From NCBI GenBank assembly GCA_964016885.1, contig OZ024752.1, positions 9,672,001-9,736,000 on the forward strand: DNA of 64,000 bases, read 5' to 3'. The stretch's first letter is position 1; the number at the start of each line of letters is the position of its first letter. This stretch comes from Eledone cirrhosa (taxonomy: Eukaryota). The notes below the pieces were generated by a model, which saw only the letters and a list, made by a program, of their open reading frames with translations, had not been told where the DNA came from and made no database searches. Shown piece after piece: positions 26,819 through 39,401 of the stretch. The position numbers and the translations under genes were made by a program.

Positions 26819-27304
26819 ATAATATATATATAGTAATAATATATATACATATTTAATAAATATACATATATATATATAGATGCATACCTACAACCATTAT
26901 GTATGTATATATATATAGTTTGTAAAACATTCGTAAACGACTATCGTATATTATTCCTATGTATCTAAACACAAATCCATGCATCTCACCTCCACATACA
27001 TACATACATACATACATACATACATACATACATACATACAGAGAGAGAGAGAGAGAGAGAGAGAGCGAAAGAAAGAGAAACTGAGAAAGAGGGAGAAAAA
27101 GAAACAGAAAAAGAAAGAGAGAAAGAAAGAGAAAGTGAGAAAGAGAGAGAAAGAACGTAAGAAAGAGAGAGAGAGAAAGAGAGAAAGAAAGAGAAAGTGA
27201 GAAAGAGAGAGAAAGAACGTAAGAAAGAGAGAAAGAGAGAGAGAGAAAGAGAGAGAGAGAAAGAGAGAAAGAGAGATGCATATACACACATTAATATAAA
27301 TATA

Positions 27305-27339
<35 letters not shown>

Positions 27340-27340
27340 T
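26490..27340. repeat. Compound microsatellite block (CT, TA, CATA, GA-rich)
   Basis: Seen directly. Confidence 0.95.
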
Positions 27341-27747
27341 TTATCTTATACATCTTTACATTAGCTTCAGGTGTTCTAAAATACTATATAGCTATGGTCT
27401 GGTTATTCATATATCAGTGGTTTGTAGACAATATGATATACAAAAGCGGTGTACGTATTCGATATTTTGCTATCTTTAATACGATCTATTTGTATGATGG
27501 ACATCGAAAATATTTCTTCTTAAAAGCCAGAAAGTGGTTGTCAAAACTTCTATAGTCATTAAATGCAATGATTCAGTACATTTCTACTAACCATGTCTAA
27601 ATATCTTCTCTTGTTAATTCAAGTGCTTTCATCGGACAACTTACAATATCGTTTGTTTTTTATTTGCTGAACAAAGATTTAGTTTTCGTTTCCCAGATCA
27701 GCGCTGACTATGGTTTTTCTATTATTTAGTGTGTCATTATTTTCTCA

Positions 27748-28215
27748 GGCGGTGGATTGGAAGTATCAGTAGAGGGTCGGACGCCATGCTTTGCAGCAAA
27801 GAGTTACGGCCCTTTATGGTCTGAGTTCAAATCCCGCCAAGGTTAACTTTGCCTTTCATCCTTACGGGGTCGATAAAATAAAGTACCAGTAATGCACTGG
27901 GGTATTTTCTGGCCTTGTGCCAAAAGTAGAAACAATTATTTTCTCAGTAAAGGCTACTAACAACATAAACATTTTAACATTATTATATAGAATCTCGTAG
28001 GGCGGTGGATAGGCAGAATCGGTTGAGGGTCGGACGCCATACTTTGCAGTATAGAGTTATGGCCCTTTATGATCCGAGTTAAAATCCCGCCGAGGTTAAC
28101 TTTGCCTTTCATCCTTACGGAGTCAATAATATAAAGTACCAGTCACGCACTGGGTCGATTTAATCGACTTTCCCCTCCCTCAAAATTACTGGCCTTGTGC
28201 CTATACTAGAAACCA
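27748..28215 (+). mobile_element. Two SINE family 1 copies (27748-27940 with TSD ATTATTTTCTCAG; 28001-28215)
   Basis: Consensus matches. Confidence 0.9.
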
Positions 28216-28339
28216 GTGTGTTATTATTTCTCAGTAAAGGCTACTAACTATATAAACATTTTAAAAATTATTATTATATATCATCGCATAACTTTTCGAC
28301 TTAGCTGCAAAATAGTTCTATTTAACGATTTACTGCTTT

Positions 28340-28510
28340 CAGCCATACGCCACTGGCCATGCTACCATAACCTCAAAAGTAGTAGTAGTATATACCAGCC
28401 ATAGGACACTGGCCATGCTGCCATAATCTCCAACGGCAGAGTAGTATATACCAGCCATAGGACACTGGCCATGCTAATATAACCTCCAACGTCAGAGTAG
28501 TATATACCAG
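28340..28510. repeat. About 55-bp tandem repeat, 3 copies
   Basis: CAGCCATAGGACACTGGCCATGCT..AGTAGTATATAC repeated. Confidence 0.9.
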
Positions 28511-28835
28511 TTACTTCTAAAAAAAACAAAAACAGACGGAGAGTACCATAAAAGAAAGTGCCCTAAAATTGGGGAAAAAAAGGAGGCAAAATGTGGAGTT
28601 TGTACATAATGAAATATATACCCATTTTCACAAGAACATACATCTCTCACCCACCCAAAACTAGATGGGTGATATCCTCGTCGGACGGAGAGAGTTGACA
28701 GGTCTGCAGTAATTATTTGTTTCAATAGCGAAACTTTGAAAAGAGATATTACTTCGGTGGGATTTAAACGCAGAACGTAAATGAGCATAACATCATAGAA
28801 CTAATTGCGTCCGGTAAATATTCGATTCTGTAATT

Positions 28836-28965
28836 TAATTGTTTCTACTTTTGGCACAAGGCCAGCAAATACCCAGTACATTACTGGTACTTTATTTTAT
28901 CGACCCCGTAAGGATTAAAGGCAAAGTTCACCTCGCCGGGATTTGAACTCAGAATGGAAAGGGAC
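28836..28965 (-). mobile_element. 5'-truncated SINE family 1
   Basis: Consensus match. Confidence 0.85.
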
Positions 28966-28969
28966 AGCA

Positions 28970-29410
28970 CAGCTTCGATGCTGCAGGCTTTCCCGCCTGG
29001 CTCGAGCCGACAGGGCTGGCCCGAGGTGACAGCAAAAGGCCAGACGGCATAACCATCTCCTGCTAAATCTCTCATTTGGAAGGCCACACGCAGCGGCACT
29101 TCCTCTAGCAGCAACCTGGTGCAGTCTGTGACTAACCCAGGCTCTCCTGCACTTCGGGCCGCAGAGGGAAAACGCTCCAAATATCGGTCGCTCTCCGACA
29201 GGTTTGCGGTCGAGCGCGTATCAGTGGAGACTTATGGTATCATTGATTCTAGGACCACTTCCCTACTCACCACGATAGGCACGGTGTTGGCTACCCTTAT
29301 GTGTGAGCCCCGAGAGCCTGAATGGCGCTTCCGACGCGTCTCCTTCACCATCCTCTGGGGAAGCGCCTTCTCTATTCGGCCCGCTTGCGCGTGGACTAAC
29401 GTTTGCTTAG
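28970..29410 (+). mobile_element. 3' fragment of a CRE-like non-LTR retrotransposon (restriction-like endonuclease domain)
   Basis: RPDGIT..LIW.AT..AAEGKRSKY..VETYG..GSAFSI motif pattern; related to 58115-58460. Confidence 0.78.
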
Positions 29411-29412
29411 AA

Positions 29413-29605
29413 TAATTGTTTCTACAAGGCCAGTAATTATCCAGTATATTACTGGTACTTTATTTTATCAATCCTGTAAGGATGACAGGCAAAGTTAACC
29501 TTGGGCGGGGGGGGGGGGGGGTGATTTAAACTCAGACATTAAAGGGCCATAACTATGCTGCAAAGCATGGTGTCTGACGCTCTACCGATACTACCAATCG
29601 ACCAC
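29413..29605 (-). mobile_element. SINE family 1 with a poly-G expansion
   Basis: Consensus match. Confidence 0.8.
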
Positions 29606-30642
29606 CCTTGTCAATCGACCACCCTTGTCAATCTACCATCCTTGCCTATCTACCGAGAGATGGTTAGAGAGAGACGGCGGCAGTGGCTGTGTGAGAGAGA
29701 GAGAGAGAACATTAAGGCACACACGGACTTCATAAGACAATGATATATGTTATAATCTCTATGTTCAGTATCTTCGCCATCTGTCACAACCATCAACCAA
29801 AGGTCTAAGAACCTATTTCATACATATATTAGAAATGAACCGTAGAAATGTACTATTCGTTTTAACCATCTTTGTATTAGTACATCAACACAATGTAAAG
29901 TTTATACAACAATAGTCGCCCTACTAATTAAATATTGGTAACAGAAAACAATTGAAAAACAAAACTGACAGTAACCTTACTGAATATTATGCTCTTAAAG
30001 CCCTACTAACACATCTAACTACACAATATCACTCTAGCAGTGGAGTCTTCTGGTGTTCTTGATCTAGAAAAGGTGCTCAGCTGGCTAGCCGCAGTTGTGA
30101 GCCTCGCGAGATGGAATGGCTCTTCCACGTGCGTGCCTGCTGCAAAATGTGGTTTACAACTACAACACGGCTCCAAAAGCCCTAAATCAGCAGCTGGGAA
30201 ACCACATTGGCTGTCCAGTTAGCCAACTTGCTTAGAAAGGAAGAATTAGACCCACCAGCTTGGATGCCTTGTGTAATGTTCTTCGCCGTCCGGGTTCCCG
30301 AGTTCACGCCGACTATTCACATCACCAACTTTACACCGATGTGGTTACCACACCCGACTGCTTTCGCTGCCAACCTCACACTAACTCCCTACATTGGTAA
30401 TTCCACCGGTTTAAATGGTCTACTCCAAGTAAAATACTCAAAAAAGCCCGTGCATCATACTTCAAATCAGTCACGTGATCTATTGCAAGTTTTCCTTGCT
30501 TTCCATTGACGATCTGGGAAGCAGTGTTTCGAATTCCAGTGATACCATTTGCAGCTGATCAATTCTACGTCGTAACTATATATATATATATATATATATA
30601 TAATAATATATAAGATCAAAAGATGGTTGAAAGAGTTCCATG

Positions 30643-30713
30643 TATTTTATTATGCGCATTTCAAAAACAAATATCATCATGCAATAACATTTGCGTTTTC
30701 GTCAGATAAAATA
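30643..30713 (-). ncRNA. Type I hammerhead ribozyme (family G), AUA site
   Basis: TATTTTAT-CTGACGA-AAAC..GTTTTT-GAAA-TGCGCA-TA-ATAAAATA. Confidence 0.85.
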
Positions 30714-30809
30714 GGGAGACATGATATGAAGGTTAAAACGCACTTGTGGATAGTGCAGTTTTAAATCAACTGCAGTTTTAAATCAAACTGCACTATTCAC
30801 ATGTCTCCC

Positions 30810-30878
30810 TATTTTATCTGACGAAAACGCAAATGTTATTGCATGATGATTTGTTTTTGAAATGCGCATAATAAAATA
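30810..30878 (+). ncRNA. Type I hammerhead ribozyme (family G), predicted cleavage after 30870
   Basis: Same architecture: 8-bp stem I, palindromic stem III ATGCGCAT. Confidence 0.85.
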
Positions 30879-31132
30879 CATGGAACTCTTTTAACCATCT
30901 TTTGTTCTTATATATTATGTATACTCCAGTCCTACAAACTGTAGAGTGCTACTTATCCGATATCTGCATTGCTTTATTGTACTACAATAAAACTCACCTC
31001 CTACACACACATATATATATATATATATAAAATTCTCAAATGTTCTACCTTTATTAACCTCACCCTCTCTCTCCCTCCCTATTTATCGATATATTTTATA
31101 TATATATCCATATATACATACATACACACATG

Positions 31133-31164
<32 letters not shown>

Positions 31165-31168
<4 letters not shown>

Positions 31169-31348
31169 TGAAATTCTACAGGACTAGAAATGTTTTATTC
31201 TTTAGAAATCATCAGGATTCCTGATGATTTCTAAAGAATGAAACAGTTCTAGTCCTGTAGAATCTCATCTATATTAAAACTTTTATACTCTGCAATGTAT
31301 TGAGTACCTTACTTACTGTGGTTACCTCCGACTCAACCCGGAATAACG
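31165..31348. mobile_element. Family B fold-back insert in (TA)n
   Basis: Arms 31165-31217 / 31219-31272; homologous to 42662-42853. Confidence 0.85.
31216..31264 (+). ncRNA. Type I hammerhead ribozyme (family B), cleavage after GUA at 31259
   Basis: GATTC-CTGATGA-T TTC TAAA GAA T-GAAA-CAG TTCTAGTC CTG-TA-GAATC. Confidence 0.85.
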
Positions 31349-31382
<34 letters not shown>

Positions 31383-31646
31383 TATATAATTCCTATTTTA
31401 TCGATTCTTGTCCACTCTAGATGGTCCAGGTCAGTGTTCAATATGTCAGTATATATCGATATTGTTATATTAGTGTATCAACATGAGTTTGGTCATCTTA
31501 TACTTCATGTCACGCTTCATTAACCTCTTGTGTTCACACTGGGTGGAAATGTATCAATTCGTCACCCTATTGAGTACTTCATGACCGCCTCATATAATCC
31601 ATGAACATCTCTTTAGTGCAGCTGTACTTCGATAATATTATCAAAA

Positions 31647-32022
31647 TAATTGTTTCTACTTTTGGCACAAGGCCAGCAAACACCGCAGTCTATTACTGGT
31701 ACTTTATTTCATTGACCCCGTAAAGATGAAATTTGAACTCAGAACGTAAATGGGCGTAACTCAATGCTGCAAAGCATGGCGTCTGATCTTCTACCGATAA
31801 TGTCAGTTTACCATAATAATGGTTTCTTATATGGGCACAAGGCCAGCAATTTCTGCGAAGGAAAGTCGATTAAATCGACCCCAGTGCGTGACTGGTACTT
31901 GAAATTGTCGACCCCGTAAGGATGAAAGGCAAAGTTAACCTCGGCGGGATTTGAACTCAGAATGGCAAGGGCCGTAACTATGCGTCAAAGCATGGCGTCC
32001 GACCCTCTACCGATACTGCCAA
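31647..32022 (-). mobile_element. Two SINE family 1 copies
   Basis: Consensus matches at 31647-31812 and 31815-32022. Confidence 0.85.
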
Positions 32023-32775
32023 TAATAATAATGATTTCATTATTGGCCACAAGGGCCGACATATAGGGGACAATACAAAAGACTGGGACAGTGGGGTTTT
32101 ACAGAAAAATCGAGTAAACAATATGAATAACAATAACAAAGTAACAATAAAAAATACAACAAGAGAAATTCCCCAATAGGGGGATGACCACCCAGGGTTC
32201 GCTCAGGTACCCCACCAATCCTGAACGACGCGACGCTTCGAGAGCACCCTGGAAGGGCACCCCTCTCCTCCTCAAATTTACCCACCTACAGGTGCATGAC
32301 AGAGTAGGCCCACTCTCACGGGCCATTCTCGCCACATTCACCCACCTTTCAGCAAATGTACTGGGGCGCAGCATTTCTCTCTCCACCCTCAACTTCCTTT
32401 CCAAGTGAAACTTGAAAAAGTTGATGAGGGAATAATGATAGTAATATATATATATATATACAGTGTATATATATGTGTGTGTTAATAATGCTTTCTTTAT
32501 TAACCACAAGGGTTTACACAAAGTAAGACATTAAGGACAGTACAGGACGGTGCAAATGGGAATTTCTGCGTGTAAAAAAACAAAAACAAAGGATGTAACA
32601 AAAAGAAACAGTGAAAAATTCCCCAAAAGGGGGGAGAATTCCGAGGAACATTCGTGGAGAAAGCCCATTAAAAAAGCCACGGTGACCCTGACCACCAGGG
32701 CAAGTGCCCTCTCCCAGTTTTCCACCTTCAATTTACAAGCACATACTCACAATAGGCCCAGTCACTCGGGCCATA
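32023..32775 (-). mobile_element. Two related 3' fragments of a Tx1/L1-like LINE with (ATT)n tails
   Basis: C-terminal FFKFHLERKLRVERE..FAERW; both 3' UTRs share CCCC..TTGGGGAATTT, TGTCC and CCCTTGTGG..AATAA..GAAA.CATTATT. Confidence 0.62.
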
Positions 32776-32794
32776 TGTATGTTAATAATAATAA

Positions 32795-33203
32795 TAATTG
32801 TTTCTACTTTTGGCTCAAGGCCAGCAATTATCCCAGTGCATTACTGGTACTTTATTTTATCGACCCCGTAAGGATGAAAGGCAAAGTTAACCTCGGCGGG
32901 ATTTGAACTCAGAATGGCAAGGGCCGTAACTCTATGCGTCAAAGCATGGCGTCCGACCCTCTACCGATACTGCCAATCCACCGCCCTAATAATAATAATA
33001 ATAATAATAATAATTGTTTCTACTTTGTTGGCACAAGGCCAGCAATTAACCAGTGTATTACTGGTACTTTATTTTATCGACCCCGTAAGGATGGAAGGCA
33101 AAGTTAACCTCGGCGGGATTTGAACTCGGAATGGAAAGGGCCGTAACGCTTTGCGTCAAAGCATGGCGTCCGACCCTCTACCGATATTGCCAATCCACCG
33201 CCC
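32795..33203 (-). mobile_element. Two young SINE family 1 copies in (TAA)n
   Basis: Near-identical copies at 32795-32986 and 33012-33203, separated by (TAA)n. Confidence 0.92.
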
Positions 33204-33731
33204 TAATAATAATAATAATATATATATCGTTCCTTATCAATATTCTGTTTGTTTGCAAGCAAGCACCCTCATTAATATATATTTTCAGATATTGTCTTCA
33301 ATCACAATCTTGGATAACATTTACATCAACTCCATTCCTTAAAATAAATATATTTATAACATTAAAATGTTATTTCCAATATGCTTCTTCTTATCTATAT
33401 ACTATTCGCAACAAAATAAAACTGAAGTCAATATCTGAAAACGTGAACTGTTGTTCGTGATCAAATTTCTGTCATCTTTAGGAGTATTTAATTGACGGAG
33501 GTCTGTTAGTATATAGGTGAAGCATATCACAATATAATGTCTCTCTAAAGATTATTACAGGCAAAGGAAAGTGGAAAACTTACAAGTGCTAATAAAATAT
33601 CTTGTAAACGATGTAGCTTGTTAGAAATTCGTTCACTGACAGTCAGCGCTGCTATAATGCAATACTTATTCGATATACGAGATTCGGCTGAAAGGTTCAT
33701 AAGCTGACTATGTTTTCTTGTATTGCGTTCC

Positions 33732-34125
33732 CAGAGACTATGTTGAAAAATATACTTCATTTGGTCATTCCATGAGAGTATCTTGGTCAGCCTATGAACG
33801 AGTGATGCTAAGGCTGTGAAATCTTCCGTGCATCAATTTCAACTCTTCTTATTAATAACTGCATTGTTTCTTTCCAGGGACTATGTTGAAAAATATACTT
33901 CATTTGGTCATTCCATGAGAGTATCTTGGTCATTCCATGAGAGTATCTTGGTCAGCCTATGAACGATTGATGCTAAGGCTGTGAAATCTTCCGTGCATCA
34001 ATTTCAACTCTTCTTATTAATAACTGCATTGTTTCTTTCCAGGGACTATGTTGAAAAATATACTTCATTTGGTTATTCCATGAGAGTATCTTGGTCAGTC
34101 TATGAACGAGTGATCCTAGAGCTGT
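33732..34125. repeat. About 143-bp tandem repeat, about 2.6 copies
   Basis: GACTATGTTGAAAAATATACTTCATTTGG starts at about 33736, 33879 and 34044. Confidence 0.92.
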
Positions 34126-34431
34126 GTGATGCTAGAGTTACAGGACCATACACCAAACCCATACGTCGAATATATTCGACAGCTCATCTTGTATGAATCT
34201 TTTCAACTATATTAAATATAGCCGTATAGCTATGATGACTGGGTGGGATTTAGTATCAAATTTAATATTATCTATAATAAAACTGGCCGCGTTATCATCA
34301 ATTTAGAAAATGGCAGCTGCTTCAACATTCGAGAGTAATTGGTGCTTATGTAATGTGCATCAATTATACAAGAATGACATCTTTAAAGTTGTAGATAATT
34401 ACAGGCAGAGATGAGAGAACATCTACACTGC

Positions 34432-36488
34432 CGTTGTATATATACAAACACACAGAGAAGAAACCTGTTGTATATACACAAACACACAGAGAAGAAACAT
34501 GTTGTATATACACAAACACACAGAGAAGAAACATGTTGTATATATACAAACACACAGAGAAGAAACATGTTGTATATACACAAACACACAGAGAAGAAAC
34601 ATGTTGTATATACACAAACACACAGAGAAGAAACATGTTGTATATACACAAACACAGAGAAGAAACATGTTGTATATACACAAACACACAGAGAAGAAAC
34701 ATGTTGTATATACACAAACACACAGAGGAGAAACATGTTGTATATACACAAACATACAGAGGAGAAACATGTTGTATATACACAAACACACAGAGGAGAA
34801 ACATGTATATACACAAACACATACAGAGAAGAAACATGTATATACACAAACACACAGAGGAGAAACATGTATATACACAAACACACAGAGAAGGAACATG
34901 TTGTATATACACAAACACATACAGAGGAGAAACATGTTGTATATACACAAACACACAGAGAAGAAACATGTATGTACACAAACACATAGAGAAGAAACAT
35001 GTATATACACAAACACAGAGAAGAAACATGTTGTATATATACAAACACACAGAGAAAAAAAAACATGTTGTATATACACAAACACACAGAGAAGAAACAT
35101 GTATGTACACAAACACACAGAGAAGAAACTTGTATATACATAAACACACACAGAGAAGAAACATGTATATACACAAACACACAGAGAAGAAACATGTATA
35201 TACACAAACACACAGAGAAGAAACAAGTTGTATATACACAAACAAACACAGAAGAGAAACATGTTGTATATACACAAACACACAGAGAAGAAACATGTTG
35301 TATATACACAAACACACAGAGAAGAAACATGTTGTATATACACAAACACACAGAGAAGAAACATGTTGTATATACACAAACACACAGAGGAGAAACATGT
35401 TGTATATACACAAACACACAGAGAAGAAACATGTTGTATATACACAAACACATAGAGAAGAAACATGTTGTATATATACAAACACACAGAGAAGAAACAT
35501 GTTGTATATACACAAACACACAGAGGAGAAACATGTTGTATATACACAAACACACAGAGGAGAAACATGTATATACACAAACACATACAGAGAAGAAACA
35601 TGTTGTATATACACAAACACACAGAGGAGAAACATGTTGTATATACACAAACACACAGAGGAGAAACATGTATATACACAAACACATACAGAGAAGAAAC
35701 ATGTTGTATATACACAAACACACAGAGGAGAAACATGTTGTATATACACAAACACACAGAGAAGAAACATGTTGTATATACACAAACACACAGAGAAGGA
35801 ACATGTTGTATATACACAAACACATACAGAGGAGAAACATGTTGTTTCTTCTCTGTGTGTTTGTGTATATACATGTATGTACACAAACACATAGAGAAGA
35901 AACATGTATATACACAAACACATAGAGAAGAAACATGTTGTATATATACAAACACACAGAGAAAAAAAAACATGTTGTATATACACAAACACACAGAGAA
36001 GAAACATGTATGTACACAAACACACAGAGAAGAAACATGTTGTATATACATAAACACACACAGAGAAGAAACATGTATATACACAAACACACAGAGAAGA
36101 AACATGTATATACACAAACACACAGAGAAGAAACAAGTTGTATATACACAAACAAACACAGAGGAGAAACAAGTTGTATATACACAAACACACAGAGAAA
36201 AAAAACATGTTGTATATACACAAACACATAGAGAGAGAAGAAACATGTTGTATATACACAAACACACACAGAGAGAAGAAACATGTTGTATATACACAAA
36301 CACACAGAGAAGAAACATGTTGTATATACACAAATACATACAGACAGAAACTTGTTGTATATACAAATACACACACAGAAGAAACATGTTGTATATACAT
36401 AAATACATACACACAGAAACATGTATAAACACACACACACAGAAGAAACGTGTTGTATATACACAAACACATACAGACAGAAACATGG
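34432..36488. repeat. 34-bp satellite (GAAGAAACATGTTGTATATACACAAACACACAGA)n with 31-36-bp variants
   Basis: Seen directly; accounts for the 700-aa pseudo-ORFs with 34-aa periodicity. Confidence 0.97.
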
Positions 36489-36644
36489 AATTTATATAAG
36501 CACAAATAAATAAATACAAATATAGTTTATACATTATTCTACACACATACATTGACTAAATGTATAAATGATAATTAAATCTATGAACACGAAGCAGTGA
36601 GTTATTTTAATACACTAAGAAGCATTGTATACATCATTATAATG

Positions 36645-37595
36645 TTTTCTAGCATAGTTACGTCCCTTTACGATCTGAGTTCAAATCCCGCCGAGGTTGA
36701 CTTTGCCTTTCATCCTTACGGGGTCGATAAAATAAAGTACCAGTAATGCACTGGGTGATTGCTGGCCTTGTGCCTAAAGTAGAAACAATTATAATGTAGA
36801 TTGGGCGGTGGATTGGCAGTATCGGTAGAGGGCCGGGCGCCATGCTTTGAAGCATAGAGTTACCTCCCTTTAAGATCTGAGTTCAAATCCCGCCGAGGTT
36901 AACTTTTCCTTTCATCCTTACGGGGTCGATAAAATAAAGTACCAGTAATGCACTTGGGTAATTGCTGGCCTTGTGCCAAAAGTAGAAACAATTATAATGT
37001 AGATTGGCAGTATCGGTAGAGGGTCGCTAGCCATGTTTTGCAGCATAGAGTTACGTCCCTTTATGGTTTAAGCTCAAATCCCGCCGAGGTTAACTCTGCC
37101 TTTCATCCTTACGGGGTCGATAAAATAAAGTACCAGTAATGTACTGGGTATTTGCTGGCCTTCTGCCAGAAGTAGAAACAATTATAATATTTCTCTAATG
37201 CAATAAACACCCTCCTATATATTTTGTAATTTGCGGGTTTCAGCGAGGCTTTAAGACCGAAATATTTAGTAAGGTTACTGTTAGTTTTATATTCAACAGT
37301 TTTATGTTAAGGTAATTATAATAAATCTGTCACTGAACACATAATTTCAACCTTTATATTTCATCGAATAGTTTTTCAGCTTAATGATAAATATCCATAA
37401 ATCAATGCGGTGGATTAGCAGTATCGGTAGAGGGTCAGACATCATGCTTTCCAACCTAGTTATGACATCTTTACGTTCTGAGTTTAAATCTAGCCGAGGT
37501 TAGCTTTGCATTTCATCCATACGGGGTCGATAAAATAAAGTGTTAGTAATGCACTAGGCTAATTTCTGGCCTTGTACCAAAAGTAGAAAGAATTA
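36645..37595 (+). mobile_element. Cluster of four SINE family 1 copies (36645-36791, 36803-36994, 37000-37185, 37406-37595)
   Basis: Consensus matches; junctions share ATTATAATG. Confidence 0.9.
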
Positions 37596-38329
37596 TATTA
37601 CATAGCAAACTTCATATAGCACATAGAAGATTTATGAATATGTCATGTCCGAGCTTATTTGGCAATTCTGAAAATAGTGGATCTGATGGTAATAGTTGCT
37701 GGACCACTGTCGGTTCCGACGACACAATCAGCAGAACCGCCTTCTCAAGAAATTAACGGATAAGCGCATGCATTGTTAACGGGATTTCCCAAGACGATCC
37801 AATGTGACACGTTATGGGACACGCCTGGGTCTTTGAATTACAAGTACAGATCATTCTGCCAACTTAACAGACCACAGCAACAGTCAGAGCCTCTAACTTA
37901 CCTTCAGGCTGAAGGACGATCCAACCCTGTTCAAAGAGCACTACTACCCTACCTCACCCTATCTCCCTCCCAATAGATCACCAGACCTTAATACCTTGTA
38001 GGCGACAAAAACGGATGCGAGAGAGAGAGAGAGCGCTTCACGGAAAATCTGGTCAATTAGACGTTTGCTATATATATTTCTAGTGACATGAGATCGTACC
38101 AGAATATTTCGCATGTGATCTTTTTTCTACACCCAACCTAGGGCCAGCACCTTTATACTTATTACACCATGCCGCTAAGCATGTTGCTCGACACTCTACC
38201 GTTACTATCAATCCAAGTTTGCACGGTTATTATTGGTGCTGATTTCATAATTATTGTTTTTCATATGGTCGCAATTGTTTCTGTTGCTGTTTTCTACTAA
38301 TGCATGTAATTCATTAGTAGCCCTTACGG

Positions 38330-38433
38330 TGATGTCACCCTAGCACAGACGGTGATGTCACCATAGCCCTTACGGTGATGTCACCCTAGCACAGACCGTG
38401 ATGTCACCCTAGCATAAGTAATGTCACCCTAGC
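38330..38433. repeat. About 21-bp minisatellite (GGTGATGTCACCCTAGCACAGAC-like)
   Basis: About 5 copies. Confidence 0.9.
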
Positions 38434-39401
38434 AATTACAACTAGCCCCTCACTGAAGCCTCTTCAATTACAAGAAAAATGTAGACCTTCATTTCGCCTC
38501 AAGAATCTTTTAAGAGAGACATAGCTGATTCCCTCCCTGCAGTAATTGATCGGCTCCTTACTCCTTAGTACCATACATATGCGAGCGTCTTCAGTTGGTT
38601 TTGAACTCAAAACGCAGAGGGGCAAAATACAAACAGCTGTACTCAATATTCTAATTACTGCCGACTCGTTGTTAATTGATGTGAATTTCAATATATATTT
38701 AAGCATACGAAATGTTTATCTTCATAACCACTGAACCATCATAGAAGATACACTGAAATATTTATCTTATATGATGAATAGAATTATAGTTTACATTATA
38801 TATTTAAACAAAGAATGGATAATGAATGGACGATGCATTGAAGTGAAATCCAATAACATCTATTTTAGCTAAATACTCCTAAACACAATCAGAAGATTTA
38901 TCCACATTAGAAATTTTAGCATATTACAGTCTTCCAAATCTTGACCTTTGGAAACGAATTGCAAGATTCGATAACAGTCTTTTCCATACATATTCTGTAT
39001 TAAATGCTCCGCTTGCAGCAGTTTTCTTTTATTCTTAGGAATACTTTCTTTGGTTTCTCTAATTGTCTTTAAGCTGAATAACGTAAACGAAAGAGAAAAT
39101 TCGTACAAGTGCGCGTTTGCGTTTAATTATTCCATGAGAGTTGTACACGATTTTTCTTTTATGTACAAAGCTGCAGTAACAATTGACATCTATGGCTACA
39201 TTTTCCAAGGTGGCCTTAGCATGTTTTAAGGAAGAAACGTCTTATTAAAGCGTAAATTGATTCTATACTCAACCAGTATTATAACAACATGGAGGCAACG
39301 AGTAAAGCCAGCAGAGTCCACGTCTCTACTAAACATAGCAGCCAAATCTACTTCAAATCATTCCACACCGTCTGTATAATATAAGTCTTAAACAGTGTTA
39401 C

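Larger units (their letters stand above)
30607..31002. mobile_element. Family G fold-back element between TA tracts
   Basis: Arms 30607-30723 / 30799-30915, then a single-copy 3' extension; homologous to 62215-62612. Confidence 0.88.

Noticed and set aside
34432-36488. CRISPR-like periodic array
   Set aside because: Contiguous tandem units with no unique spacers; eukaryotic context and no cas genes.
34364-36552. ORFs of about 700 aa in several frames on both strands
   Set aside because: Translation of the stop-free 34-bp satellite; no protein-like complexity.
38460-39350. Possible decayed coding or transposon sequence (also 30010-30570, 37690-38030, 60480-60900)
   Set aside because: No motif I can recognise; a translated search would be needed.
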